Below are positions 9,186-19,564 of a DNA stretch of 53,993 nt, in pieces. A program made the translations under genes and the position numbers. Within the stretch, counting starts at the first letter, position 1, and every line of letters begins with the position of its first letter. The notes below the pieces were generated by a model, which made no database searches, was not told where the DNA came from, and saw only the letters and a program-made list of their open reading frames with translations. Source of the stretch: Candidatus Uhrbacteria bacterium (lineage in GTDB: Bacteria > Patescibacteriota > Patescibacteriia > JACPHY01); contig JACPHY010000008.1 of NCBI GenBank assembly GCA_016188355.1, positions 1 to 53,993 of the forward strand. The letters are read 5' to 3'.

Positions 9186-9971
9186 TCAGGAATTTGTTCC
9201 CGTATCTTCCGTGGGGTCCGCTCCGTGCTCCGGGAGTGCAGCGGAGGATGCGGCTGCATCATTCCCCGCCCCCGATTCCTCTGTGGGTGGATGCACGATG
9301 AGCGAGAAGTGATCGATGAGCATTTGCCCTGCCTGCTGCACCGCGTATTCCGGAGTCAGTGTGCCATCGGTCTCTACGGTGAGGAGGAGTCGATCGTAGT
9401 TCGTGATCTCACCGACACGCATGTTCTCCACACGAAAACCAACGTTTCGAATTGGTGCGAAAATTGCATCGATTGCCATCGTTCCCAGCTCCTGCTTCTC
9501 CTTTGGTCGCGAATCTGTCGATGAGTAACCTCGTCCGCGGCGGGCAAAAATCTCCATTCGGAATTCCGCGTCATCGCTCGTCAACGATGCGAGGTGGAGC
9601 TCAGGATTCACGATCTCGACCTGTGCATCCCGCGCGATATCTGCCGCGGTAACCTCTCGCTTCCCGCGCGCCTGCACGACCAGTCGCACCGGTTCATCCG
9701 AAAAAACCTTTAATCGGAGTTGCTTCACGTTCAGAAGGATTTCGATTGCATCCTCACGGACACCGGGAACCGCGGAAAACTCGTGAGGAACGCCGTCAAT
9801 TTTGACCGCAGTTGCTGCCGCTCCGGTGAGCGAGGAAAGCAATACCCGTCGGAGCGCGTTACCAAGCGTTGTTCCGTAACCGAAATAGCATGGTTCGATA
9901 ACGACCAGCTTTTCGTTCGGCTTGGTTCCGTCCTTCCATGCAAACGTGGTGGGGAGGATGAACTGTTCCAT
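9186..9971 (-). CDS. rpoA: RNA polymerase alpha subunit lacking the alpha-CTD
   Basis: GYGTTLGNALRRVLLSSL, HEFSAVPGVRED, YDRLLLTVETDG; start at MEQFILP; 261 aa. Confidence 0.96.
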   Translation of the reverse strand: MEQFILPTTFAWKDGTKPNEKLVVIEPCYFGYGTTLGNALRRVLLSSLTGAAATAVKIDGVPHEFSAVPGVREDAIEILLNVKQLRLKVFSDEPVRLVVQARGKREVTAADIARDAQVEIVNPELHLASLTSDDAEFRMEIFARRGRGYSSTDSRPKEKQELGTMAIDAIFAPIRNVGFRVENMRVGEITNYDRLLLTVETDGTLTPEYAVQQAGQMLIDHFSLIVHPPTEESGAGNDAAASSAALPEHGADPTEDTGTNS

Positions 9972-10013
9972 AGGGGCAGGCGAACTCCGGTACAACCGGA
10001 GGCGCAAAGGCCG

Positions 10014-10625
10014 CTAGCGGGAGTAGAATTCGACGATACTTTGGGTGCGGAACGGCTGCTGTACATCTTCGGCGGTCGGCAGACGGATCAAGCGTCCCTG
10101 GAATTTCTCCGGTTCCACCGCCAACCAGGCCGGTATGGTGCGGGTACCAATTAGTCGCGGGAGATCCGTGAAGAGCGGTGAACCTCGACGACGCTCCTCT
10201 ACCGCAATCACATCACCCGATCGCACATGGAAGGATGGGATGGAGACGCGTTTTCCGTTTACCGTGATGTGTCGGTGACCAACCATCTGCCGCGCCGCTG
10301 CTCGCGATTTCGCGAATCCGAGGCGGAACACGATGTTATCGAGTCGCGTCTCCAGGAGTTCAGTGAGGATTTGCCCCGTGTTTCCTGGTCGTCGAATCGC
10401 CTCATCGTAGTAACGACGCAGTTGTCGTTCGAGGATGCCATACACTGCACGCGCTTTTTGCTTCTCCAGGAGCTGCGTTCCGTACTCCGTGAGCTTGCGG
10501 TGCATTTTTGGTCCGTGGATACCCGGGCCGTAGTTTCGCCGCACGGTGGGACAACGGTCGAGATCGCAGAGTTTCTCGCCGATGCGCCGACACATGTGGT
10601 GCTTGGGTTGAAGATTCCGTGCCAT
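10014..10625 (-). CDS. rpsD: 30S ribosomal protein S4
   Basis: EYGTQLLEKQK, LETRLDNIVFRLGFA, IVEFYSR. Confidence 0.98.
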   Translation of the reverse strand: MARNLQPKHHMCRRIGEKLCDLDRCPTVRRNYGPGIHGPKMHRKLTEYGTQLLEKQKARAVYGILERQLRRYYDEAIRRPGNTGQILTELLETRLDNIVFRLGFAKSRAAARQMVGHRHITVNGKRVSIPSFHVRSGDVIAVEERRRGSPLFTDLPRLIGTRTIPAWLAVEPEKFQGRLIRLPTAEDVQQPFRTQSIVEFYSR

Positions 10626-10628
10626 AAC

Positions 10629-11084
10629 CTAGATACGACGTGGCTTTGGCGGCCGACAGCCGTTGTGGGGAATTGGGGTCACGTCCTTGATGCTCGCGAC
10701 GTGCAGGCCATTCGCATGCAATGCGCGAACCGCGGATTCGCGACCGGATCCCACGCCACGCACAAATACACTCACTTCCTTCAAACCGACACCCTCTAAC
10801 TTCCGAAGCACCTCCCGTACCACGATGCTCGCCGCGTACGGGGTTGCCTTCTTCGGGCCACGGAATCCACAGCTTCCTGCGCTCGACCATGCAAGCACGT
10901 CACCCTTCGGATCCGTGATGGTGACAATCGTATTATTATACGTGGCACTCACACATGCCCGACCGCGGGGAACTTGTGGGCGAGGTTTTCCTGCCCGCGC
11001 GCGGGCAGCGGGTTTCGCGGCGGTGGCTGTTGCACCATCCTCCGGGGTTGCCTCCGATGGAATTGTCTGGACGTCGTCCGCCAT
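10629..11084 (-). CDS. rpsK: 30S ribosomal protein S11
   Basis: ATYNNTIVTITD, KKATPYAA, DVTPIPHNGCRPPKPRR. Confidence 0.98.
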   Translation of the reverse strand: MADDVQTIPSEATPEDGATATAAKPAARARAGKPRPQVPRGRACVSATYNNTIVTITDPKGDVLAWSSAGSCGFRGPKKATPYAASIVVREVLRKLEGVGLKEVSVFVRGVGSGRESAVRALHANGLHVASIKDVTPIPHNGCRPPKPRRI

Positions 11085-11110
11085 ACCAAAAACGTTCGTA
11101 TCAACACGAA

Positions 11111-11497
11111 TTAGGTCTTTTCAAGCTTTCGTCGCCCCGAACCCATCGTTCGTCGTACATTGCCCCGAACGGTACGAGAGTTCGTCTTCGTGCGCTGCCC
11201 ACGAGCCGGAAGACGCTTCGCGTGGCGCGATCCCCGGTAGCATCCGATGTCCTTGAGTCGCTTGATGTTGGCGAGGGTCTCACGACGAAGATCGCCTTCC
11301 ACTCGAAGCTGCTTCTCGATTGCCACCCGGAGCTGCTGCACCTCCTCCTCGGAGAGATCCTTCGTTTTGACCGTCGGCGCAATTTTTGTTTGGGCGAGCA
11401 CGCGCTGCGCAAGCGATCGACCGATACCAAAGATCGCCGTGAGCGCGACCACGACGTGCTTTTCGTTGGGCAGCGTAATCCCAGCAATACGAGCCAT
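11111..11497 (-). CDS. rpsM: 30S ribosomal protein S13
   Basis: [34 protein letters not shown]. Confidence 0.98.
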   Translation of the reverse strand: MARIAGITLPNEKHVVVALTAIFGIGRSLAQRVLAQTKIAPTVKTKDLSEEEVQQLRVAIEKQLRVEGDLRRETLANIKRLKDIGCYRGSRHAKRLPARGQRTKTNSRTVRGNVRRTMGSGRRKLEKT

Positions 11498-11560
11498 ACA
11501 TTCGAAGCATCTTCCTTGGTTCACGCATCGGCATGCAGCCGATGTGTGAAGATAAGGAAA

Positions 11561-11674
11561 TCAGCCCTGACGTTGCTTATGACGTTTTGTCGCGCAAATA
11601 ACGTGGAGGCGTCCCCGCCGTCGGACCAAACGACAGTTTTTGCATCGCACGCGTACGGATGGTCGGACCTTCAT
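11561..11674 (-). CDS. rpmJ: 50S ribosomal protein L36 (not in the ORF track)
   Basis: Hand translation [37 protein letters not shown]; lies between infA and rpsM. Confidence 0.97.
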   Translation of the reverse strand: MKVRPSVRVRCKNCRLVRRRGRLHVICATKRHKQRQG

Positions 11675-11762
11675 ACCGAAATCAGACACGAATCAGACGA
11701 ACAAATGCTCCCAGTGAAACAAAAAAATACTCTGCACGGGGCTCATTCCGGATCTCGTGCGG

Positions 11763-12017
11763 TTAGTACCGGTACACGATTCGGCCTCGCCGGAGATCGT
11801 ACGGGGTGAGCTCCACACGAACACGGTCACCCGGGAGAATACGGATGCGATGCATGCGCATGCGACCCGCAAGGTACCCAAGTACGTCGTGTCCATTTTC
11901 AAGTTCGATCCGGAATGTGGTTGAGGGAAGCAGTTCCCGAACTACCCCATCCACGGTGACGAAATCCTTACTCGCGCTCTCGGTGGGTGCCTCTTCCGAA
12001 TGCCGTCGTTTCGCCAT
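11763..12017 (-). CDS. infA: Translation initiation factor IF-1
   Basis: [37 protein letters not shown]. Confidence 0.97.
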   Translation of the reverse strand: MAKRRHSEEAPTESASKDFVTVDGVVRELLPSTTFRIELENGHDVLGYLAGRMRMHRIRILPGDRVRVELTPYDLRRGRIVYRY

Positions 12018-12163
12018 AGCTATGCCGATCATCGACCCACCAAACCCGCCACATGAATACACAATTCCGATCGCGGTTGCGACGGTTACCCACATGGTAC
12101 GTGAGGAGGCATTGCCCTGTCAACACCGTGGATTCGTTGCGGTGCCTCCCCTTCCTGCTCCGC

Positions 12164-13997
12164 TTAGCTGCGCGGCGCAAGTGCGGCAACAGCCATGGGA
12201 TCGGGCGGTGGCGCGATCACGGCCTTTATGCGACGCACCCCCTGGCTACTCGCCTCCTCTTTGGTGATGCGGAATTTCCCGATTAGCCTGGTGTGCGCAA
12301 CGTGCGGCCCACCACAAATTTCCGTCGAGGCGAATCCCTGGGCCAATGAACCAATGAAGTACACCTTCACCTGTTCGCCAAGTGCTGCGTACGCGTCCTC
12401 GAACAAACCGCTCCTGCACCGAGAGGAGTTCGTAGTGGACAGGGAAATCCGCATCAATGTACTGCTGGACCAAAGCCTCCACGCGCTGTATCTCATCAGC
12501 GGTGAGTTTCTGTGGGTGGCTGAAATCAAACCGAAGTCGTTCCGGGGTGATATTCGAACCCCGCTGCACTACATGATCTCCGAGGACCGCGCGCAACGCC
12601 TGGTGGAGGAGGTGGGTCGCCGTGTGATATCGAATCGATTGATCGGAATGATCGGCGAGGCCTCCCGCAAACCGCTGCCCGGTTGCTGCGCGGGATTGCT
12701 CCTGATGCGTTCGCATGGCCGCATCGAATCCTGATCGATCCACCGCCCTCCCCTCCTCGCGTGCGAGATCCTCCGTGATTTCTCGAGGGAATCCGTACGT
12801 TTCGTAGAGGACGAACGCCGCATCCCCCGGAATCGGTTCTTTCGGAGGAAGTGACTGGACGAGCGCGGCGTAGTGCCGCATCCCCCGATCAAGCGCCCCG
12901 TGGAACCGCTCTTCTTCCTCCTGGAGCTCAAAACAGATGCGGCTGCGATTCTGTTCAAGCTCTGGATAGGCGGCGCGGTAGTGCTCGATAACCGTTTCTG
13001 CAATGAGCGCAGTCCATGATCTCCCGCCAAGCCCGATGCTGCGTCCTCCGCGAATAGCGCGGCGGATGAGCTTTCGGAGTACGTACCCTTGATCCACGTT
13101 GGACGGCGAAATCCCGAAGGGATCTCCGAGGATAAACGTTGCTGCGCGGAGATGGTCCGCAATCATCCGCCGCGCCTGTTCCTGTGGTCCATGGGGGGAT
13201 GTGCCCGCAAGCGCATCAATGCGCGCGAGGAGGGGGGTAAAAAGATCGGTTTCGTAGACATGCTGTTTTCCCGTGAGGACGGTGAGCATGCGCTCTAGGC
13301 CCATGCCAGTATCCACGTTGCGTTGCGAGAGCGGCTCGTACGTACCTTCTGGCGTGCGCTGGAACTGCATGAAAACGTCGTTCCACACCTCCACCCATCG
13401 TGGATCAAGGGGGTCGAACTGCTCCGGCGCAGGAGACGGAGCAATCCAGTAGAACATTTCCGTATCGGGGCCCTGTGGTCCGGGGTGCTTTCCGCCCGCC
13501 GGCCACCAGTTGTCGTCCTTCCCAAGAAAAGCGATGCGCGCGTCAGCAACCCCACACTGCCGCCAGGTGCGTGCGGAGTCCTCATCCCGGGGAGCGTCAG
13601 CATCTCCAGCGAACACGCTCACGGCGAGTCGCTGGGGGTCCAGACCGAACCATGTCGCGCTCGTCAGGAGTTCCCAGCTCCACTGAATTGCTTCCTCCTT
13701 GAAGTAGTCTCCGAGCGACCAGTTACCGAGCATTTCAAAAAAGGTGAGATGCCGATTATCCCCCACCTCGTCAATGTCCCCCGTTCGAATACACTTCTGT
13801 ACATTGGCTAATCGTTTTCCCGACGGATGCTCCTGTCCCATGAGGTATGGCACCAGCGGGTGCATGCCTGCGGTGGTGAAGAGGACGGAAGGATCGTTCT
13901 CCGGTATTACGGATGCCGATGGGATAATCGCGTGCCCATGTTGCCGGAAAAATTCCAGGTAGCGCTCGCGGAGGAGTTGTGCGGTCCAGTTCGTCAT
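12164..13997 (-). CDS. alaS: Alanyl-tRNA synthetase (short form) with a frameshift near 12410
   Basis: [33 protein letters not shown] in one frame; EICGGPHV and GVRRIKA continue in another frame. Confidence 0.93.
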
Positions 13998-14063
13998 ATG
14001 CCGTGCTCTCACAAATTTCAGACCCGAGATATTCCCACGGTACCGTAGAGCGGTGCCACGCAT

Positions 14064-15125
14064 CTAGCCCGGGATATCAGTGTCGCAGTGTTCAATAACC
14101 GCGCCGCCGAAAACACGCTCTCCATCGTCCATGACCGCTGCCTGTCCAGGAGCGACGCCAACGATGGGCACATCGCAGTCGATTCGAAGGCCATCCCCAT
14201 GCAGCGCAATCGTACCGCGGATTGATTCCTGGCGGTGCCGCACCCGCACCATGGCACGGAGCGGCATGGTGGGAGCAGCGCCAATCCAATGGGGTTGCTG
14301 CGCATGGAATATCTGCGTCGCGCGCTGCGCATCATTCGGAAATGCACTCACGATGAGTTCCTGCGTAGCAAGCCGCTGCGCAACGACGTATCGCGCAGTT
14401 GGCTGTCCTCCCAGGGAGAGTCGCTGCCCAATGGTATATGCCAGTGCATTCGGGACGCTGCCAATCTCTTCCCCTGTAGTAGTCACCACACGCGCTGGGC
14501 GCGGCGGAAGTCGCTCCTGGAGGAATGTGGCAAGGTGGATCGCTCCGAGAAAACAGACCCCACTCGTTGAGGAACGATCCCAGTTCGGAAGTCCGCGCCG
14601 GTGTGCCTCCGCGCGAACGTCTATCTTCAGTCTGCCGCCAAGCGGAAATTCCGTCTGCGCCGCCTGTTCCTGCGTGAGCATCCAAAGGAAGTATGATTGA
14701 TCCTTTTTGGGGTCAGTTCCACGGAGGAGCTCGATGCTCCCTCCCGCACTCAACCGCAACCGCGCATAGTGTCCGGTTGCGATCCGGGGAGCGCCAACCT
14801 CCCGTGCCACCGATCGTAACGCATCAAATTTAACCCATCGGTTGCAGGTAGTATCCGGGTTCGGTGTTTCCCCCACTGCGTACGCAGAGAGCATGGGCTC
14901 CAGCACATCCCGCTCATACGCCGCGCTCACGTCTCGAACAATGAGCGGGATGTTGAGTGCGGCAGCCACCCGATGCGCCATAGGGAGATCATCCGCCCAC
15001 GGGCAGGGTGCGCCGGGGATGGCCACTTTGAGGTAGCATCCCGCCACCTCGCAGCCGCGCTCCTGCAGGAGCGCGGCTGCGACCGCAGAATCGACGCCAC
15101 CAGACATTCCCACTACGATACGCAT
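14064..15125 (-). CDS. mnmA: tRNA 2-thiouridylase
   Basis: MSGGVDS, TPNPDTTCN, ATGHY, KDQSYFL, TIGQR, APGQ. Confidence 0.96.
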   Translation of the reverse strand: MRIVVGMSGGVDSAVAAALLQERGCEVAGCYLKVAIPGAPCPWADDLPMAHRVAAALNIPLIVRDVSAAYERDVLEPMLSAYAVGETPNPDTTCNRWVKFDALRSVAREVGAPRIATGHYARLRLSAGGSIELLRGTDPKKDQSYFLWMLTQEQAAQTEFPLGGRLKIDVRAEAHRRGLPNWDRSSTSGVCFLGAIHLATFLQERLPPRPARVVTTTGEEIGSVPNALAYTIGQRLSLGGQPTARYVVAQRLATQELIVSAFPNDAQRATQIFHAQQPHWIGAAPTMPLRAMVRVRHRQESIRGTIALHGDGLRIDCDVPIVGVAPGQAAVMDDGERVFGGAVIEHCDTDIPG

Positions 15126-15181
15126 AAGCACCGTACGCCTCGAACATAACCGCCAAGTCACCCGAGTCGCGCACTCAGTGT

Positions 15182-16546
15182 ATGGGGACGATGCATTTTG
15201 CTCAAGAGGGCGGCCGTACCGATCGCATTTTTACGGTCACCATCACACATGTGGACGCAAAGGGAAGAGGGATTGCGACCACCCCGAAAGGGCCGGTCGC
15301 GATTCCATTTGTGATTCCCGGGGATACGGTGCGGATCGCGCTCCGTGGACGCCGGCAGGGCGTCTGGCGCGGCAAGCTGCTCGAACGTACCGCCGACGGA
15401 CCCCACCGAATTACGCCGCGATGCCCCTTTGTCGGGCAGTGCGGCGGGTGTCCCTGGCAGATGGTGGACTACGCAGCGCAGCTCCGTTCAAAGCGAGCAA
15501 TGGTAGCCGACGCCGTCCACTCGCTGCCGATTCCGGAAATTCCGGAAGTTCTCCCTGCACCGGAGATCTTTTATTACCGTAATCGGATGGATTACGTCGT
15601 GGGCGCCGATGGCGCGCTTGGCCTCAAGGGGCCCGAGCAGTGGTGGAATGTACTCGACCTCACCTCCTGCTTCTTGCTCTCCCCGGAGGCAGTTGCACTC
15701 ATGTCGCGTTTTCGTGCTTGGATGCGCACCCATCAGGTAGTTCCCTGGAACCACCGTACGCATCAGGGATTTGCGCGGTACCTCGTCATCCGTGAGGGAA
15801 AGCGCACCGGGGAGCGCCTCGCTATGGTGGTGACCGCACCAGGAGCTCTCCCGGGACGCGACGATCTCATCGAATCCTTTCGTGAGCATACGACGAGCCT
15901 CCTCTGGGGCGTGAATCCACGCATCACGGACCTTTCGATTGCAGAAAAAATCGAGACACTCCATGGGAATGATGTGCTCCGCGAACGCATCGGCGATCAG
16001 GTATTCACCATTCCACCGAATGCGTTCTTTCAAACGAATTCCGCCATGGCGGAACAGCTCGTGGCGACGGTGCGGTCCTTCGCCGCACTTCGAGGTACAG
16101 AGTACCTTGTCGATTGCTACTGTGGTGTCGGTATGTTCGGAATCGCGCTCGCGCGCGATGCGGCTCGAGTGCTTGGCGTCGAATCGGAGCCGTCCGCAAT
16201 TCCGGTGGCGCAGGAGAATGCTGTCGCGAATGGTGTTACGAATGCCACGTTCCAGCTTGGTACTGTCGAACGGTGGCCATTCCCCCTCGATCCAATTGAT
16301 TGCTGCATCATTGATCCTCCGCGATCCGGGCTCCACCCACGCGTGATCGATAAACTGCTCGCCCTCACGCCAGCGCGGATCATCTACGTTTCCTGCAACC
16401 CCCACGCGCTCGCCCGTGACCTGAAGCCGCTCCTCACGAAATACTCTTGCGACGCGATCCAATGCCTCGACCTCTTCCCGCATACGCCACACGTGGAGAC
16501 CGTGGTACGTCTGAACCGCATCACGCATCGTGGTTCCGGGTCATAG
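15182..16546 (+). CDS. rlmD: RNA m5U methyltransferase (RlmD/TrmA family)
   Basis: CPFVGQCGGC Fe-S motif, YYRNR, FFQTN, DPPRSG, YVSCNP, DLFPHTPHVE. Confidence 0.88.
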   Translation: MGTMHFAQEGGRTDRIFTVTITHVDAKGRGIATTPKGPVAIPFVIPGDTVRIALRGRRQGVWRGKLLERTADGPHRITPRCPFVGQCGGCPWQMVDYAAQLRSKRAMVADAVHSLPIPEIPEVLPAPEIFYYRNRMDYVVGADGALGLKGPEQWWNVLDLTSCFLLSPEAVALMSRFRAWMRTHQVVPWNHRTHQGFARYLVIREGKRTGERLAMVVTAPGALPGRDDLIESFREHTTSLLWGVNPRITDLSIAEKIETLHGNDVLRERIGDQVFTIPPNAFFQTNSAMAEQLVATVRSFAALRGTEYLVDCYCGVGMFGIALARDAARVLGVESEPSAIPVAQENAVANGVTNATFQLGTVERWPFPLDPIDCCIIDPPRSGLHPRVIDKLLALTPARIIYVSCNPHALARDLKPLLTKYSCDAIQCLDLFPHTPHVETVVRLNRITHRGSGS

Positions 16547-16548
16547 AG

Positions 16549-16575
16549 TGAAGCGGCTCTCGGAGAGCCGCTTCA
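16549..16575. terminator. Hairpin between convergent genes
   Basis: TGAAGCGGCTCT-CGG-AGAGCCGCTTCA. Confidence 0.6.
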
Positions 16576-16604
16576 AGGTACCTGGTGATGCCGCAGGACC
16601 GCAC

Positions 16605-16979
16605 TTACCCCGCAGGGGGTGCAGACCATTCCGGCTCCGACTCAACCGACTGGCGCTCCTGTAGGGTGAGTCCGAGTCGGTCGAGCGCGATCCCCGCGCG
16701 ACCAACGAAGCGCCGCAGGATACGTACCGTCCGACGATCCCAGGCGGCGGCGCTCCGCGCGGTAGCGATCACCTCATGCGCCCGTACCTGCCAGTACTGA
16801 CGCTGCAGGAGCACTACCTCCGTCGCGATGCGGCTCGCATCTTCGCGGGAAAGGACCCCTTGCCTCGCGAGGCGCAGAATCCGTCTGGCTTCACGCGGCG
16901 ACATCCCCCGCTCGGATTGCTGCGCCTCCCGCAGCGCGTGTTCGATCCGGCGAACCTTATTCCACTTCTTTTTTGGCAT
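16605..16979 (-). CDS. Hypothetical basic helical protein (124 aa)
   Basis: Fills the rlmD-era gap; GAGG before ATG 16979; own promoter. Confidence 0.6.
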   Translation of the reverse strand: MPKKKWNKVRRIEHALREAQQSERGMSPREARRILRLARQGVLSREDASRIATEVVLLQRQYWQVRAHEVIATARSAAAWDRRTVRILRRFVGRAGIALDRLGLTLQERQSVESEPEWSAPPAG

Positions 16980-17029
16980 GAACCCCCTCGACTGGTGGAC
17001 AAAAGAGCGTCGCACCCCAGAACGGACGC

Positions 17030-17058
17030 AGTATACCGAACGCCCGGGGAGTTGCCAA
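17030..17058 (-). promoter_or_regulatory. Sigma70-like promoter
   Basis: TTGGCA-17 nt-TATACT on the minus strand. Confidence 0.6.
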
Positions 17059-17120
17059 TCCATGAAAGTTCCCGTACCGTTCCAGTACCGCCGCGGCATT
17101 GACCGCATGACTACCTCAAT

Positions 17121-17981
17121 ATGAAAAGTGGCCTCGTGGTGCTCGTTGGACGCTCTAATGTGGGAAAGTCGACGCTCCTCAATACACTCGTGGGGACCAA
17201 AGTTGCGATTACCTCGCCTAAACCACAGACCACCCGTGATATCATCCGTGGCATTTTGAATGATCCCCGAGGTCAAATTGTTTTTGTGGATACGCCGGGG
17301 GTTTTTGAGCATGCGCGTGATCCGCTTACCCGTCAGATCAATGCTACTGCACGAAAGGCGCTGGCCGGCGTCGATGTGGTCGTATACGTCGTCGACCCCA
17401 CTCGAGCAATTGGTACCGAGGAACACCGTGTGCACGCTCTCCTCCGCAACTCCGACCGGCCGAAAATTTTGGCAATAAACAAGGCCGATCTTCATGAGCG
17501 GGCGCGCCCACATCGCGATGCATATCATGACCTCGTCTTCGGAGAGCAGGATCCCCTGTTCACCGCGGAATTCGATGTCTCCGCATTGCGCCGCCAGAAC
17601 CTGAATTTACTGATCGACCAAATCTTCACACTCCTCCCGGATGGCGAACCTATGTATCCGGAGGGACAAGTGACCGACGTGCCCCGCGAGTTTTGGCTCG
17701 CCGAATTGATTCGTGAAAAAGTGTTCCTTCAGATGCACCAAGAAATTCCTTACTCCACGAACGTGGAGGTGGATGAAGCCGCGTCGCGTGCCGACGGCAC
17801 GCTTTATGTGCGTGCCCGCATTCTCACGACGGATGATCGATATCGAAAAATGCTCATCGGCAGCGGCGGCCGGCGTATTAAGGAGATGGGGTCCATGGCA
17901 CGAAAGGAGCTAGAGACCGCCATGGCACGGAAGGTGTATCTCGATCTGAAGGTGGAGACCGATCCGCGGTGGATTCGGTAG
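17121..17981 (+). CDS. era: GTPase Era
   Basis: GRSNVGKSTL, PQTTR, DTPG, NKAD, EIPYS, KH domain. Confidence 0.97.
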   Translation: MKSGLVVLVGRSNVGKSTLLNTLVGTKVAITSPKPQTTRDIIRGILNDPRGQIVFVDTPGVFEHARDPLTRQINATARKALAGVDVVVYVVDPTRAIGTEEHRVHALLRNSDRPKILAINKADLHERARPHRDAYHDLVFGEQDPLFTAEFDVSALRRQNLNLLIDQIFTLLPDGEPMYPEGQVTDVPREFWLAELIREKVFLQMHQEIPYSTNVEVDEAASRADGTLYVRARILTTDDRYRKMLIGSGGRRIKEMGSMARKELETAMARKVYLDLKVETDPRWIR

Positions 17982-17996
17982 AGGGTTTGCGGCTGA

Positions 17997-18040
17997 AAAT
18001 ACAAAATACTCTACAGACCACTGTAGAGTATTTTGTATTT
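17997..18040. terminator. 20-bp perfect AT-rich hairpin (likely bidirectional terminator)
   Basis: AAATACAAAATACTCTACAG-ACCA-CTGTAGAGTATTTTGTATTT between convergent genes. Confidence 0.7.
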
Positions 18041-18052
18041 GGGGTATTATTA

Positions 18053-18079
18053 TTCGCTTATTCGTACGAATATGAGATT
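18053..18079 (+). repeat. Dispersed palindromic site, copy 1
   Basis: TTCGCTTATTCGTACGAATATGAGATT. Confidence 0.9.
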
Positions 18080-18124
18080 TGTCTCAACACCAGTAATCTC
18101 ATCTACTCATGCAAACACGCAAAG

Positions 18125-18697
18125 CTACCCCTTCCGCTCTTCCGCAATTTCTGAGAGAAGCACATTCTCCACGATGATGCCGCGCGGCAAGAAAATACGA
18201 ACCAATTCATCGCGAATATCTAGCTCGACTGCATCGCGCCGAGCGGAGGCGAAGTCTGAAAATTCGTACTTTGATGCAATCATCCGAAATCGGCTCTGAA
18301 TCGTTGGACGGATGATCTTCTCCACGAAATCCTCGCCCACCGACTGCCAAATAGTGGGAATCTGCTGCTGGTCGAGCCGAAGGAGAATGGTTCCCTCGAT
18401 ACCCACTTCCGTTTCGTCGGCCGTGACCGCATGGATCGGCTGATCGCCCATGGCGGACGGGTGATCAAGAGAAAACTTTTTCGAGATTGTGTACTCGAGG
18501 GTTTGGGTATTGAAGAGCTTCGCACGTTGCCAGAACGGAATTTTAAAATGCAGACCCGGAGTAAGCACCTTCTTCAGGACACCGCGACCGAGGTCATAGA
18601 CGCATGCAACGTACCCTGGTGGAACGTTAATGAAAAACCCCTTCAGTACATCCTCCACCACGAACGTATACATCAGCTTATCGATCGCGTCAGCCAT
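18125..18697 (-). CDS. SPFH/band-7/prohibitin-domain protein (short)
   Basis: VPPGYVAC...LTPGLHFKIPF, IIRP, GIIVENVLLSEI. Confidence 0.85.
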   Translation of the reverse strand: MADAIDKLMYTFVVEDVLKGFFINVPPGYVACVYDLGRGVLKKVLTPGLHFKIPFWQRAKLFNTQTLEYTISKKFSLDHPSAMGDQPIHAVTADETEVGIEGTILLRLDQQQIPTIWQSVGEDFVEKIIRPTIQSRFRMIASKYEFSDFASARRDAVELDIRDELVRIFLPRGIIVENVLLSEIAEERKG

Positions 18698-18721
18698 ATT
18701 CGATGGAACAAAAACGTTGGT

Positions 18722-19402
18722 CTATTTTGCAAACGCGCGCCGCGCACCGAAGAGCAGTCCGGAGAACGCCATCGAGGTCATCACGAAAAGCGACTTCACC
18801 ATTGGCAGTTGTGCGAGAATAACGGTAACGGCCAACGGGAAGATGTATCGATACGCAACCTCACGAGCCACAACCCGATGTCGCTCACCACGCTGCATAA
18901 AGAGAATCTCCACAAAGAGTCCCACCCCCACAGCAATGCTCCATCCGAGATGCCGCTTTGCGATATTGAATCCAGCGAACATCGTATTCACGAAATCAGG
19001 ACGTCGCACACTCGCGTACAAATCCACTAATTTTTCGGACTGCAACCCACCAATGAAGACCTGGTAGATGAGGACGAACACGAGCACTTGTACTCCAAGT
19101 ACCACAAACTTCGCCCACGGACTCACACGATGTCGCTTGAGCAGCTTCCTGGTTTCTGCTCGTTTTCGGACGGGATCGTTCTTGAAGTGGCGATCGACAT
19201 CCGTAATTTGAGAGGAGAGCGCCTCCAGCGCCCCTCGTTTTCGCTCGGAGAGAACGCTGAAGGGTAACAGCGCAATGCGCATGAGTACCGTCAGCTCTAT
19301 GATTGCCACGCCCAGGTTTTCTCCTGCGGTCCGATCGTAGAGAATGAACAGGACGTTGAGGAGCGGCTGGTACAGGTACTCGTGCCAAAAAGTGGCTAGC
19401 AT
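18722..19402 (-). CDS. yidC: YidC/Oxa1-family insertase, minimal form
   Basis: LYQPLLN...GVAIIELTVLMRIALLP, coiled-coil hairpin, HRVSP, Q-containing TM segment. Confidence 0.75.
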   Translation of the reverse strand: MLATFWHEYLYQPLLNVLFILYDRTAGENLGVAIIELTVLMRIALLPFSVLSERKRGALEALSSQITDVDRHFKNDPVRKRAETRKLLKRHRVSPWAKFVVLGVQVLVFVLIYQVFIGGLQSEKLVDLYASVRRPDFVNTMFAGFNIAKRHLGWSIAVGVGLFVEILFMQRGERHRVVAREVAYRYIFPLAVTVILAQLPMVKSLFVMTSMAFSGLLFGARRAFAK

Positions 19403-19564
19403 AGCGCGTTGCGCGCGAACTATTCCTTAGCGTACGCCCCTCACGCCCGGTATGCAACAAAACGGGGCATCAAAGAGCTCCTAACGTACTCCACCAGACA
19501 GAATCTGTCGATGCCCGCAACGCGAACAGCCTCGATGCGACGACGAGGCTGTTCGCTCCATGAG

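Noticed and set aside
11561-11563. Alternative genetic code (TGA readthrough) as the cause of broken genes
   Set aside because: TGA ends conserved genes such as rpmJ at the expected position; the alaS and SET breaks are frame changes, not stops.
12246-12410. C-terminus of the 605-aa alaS ORF as given in the track
   Set aside because: It is out-of-frame sequence; the AlaRS motifs continue in the 12164-12409 frame.
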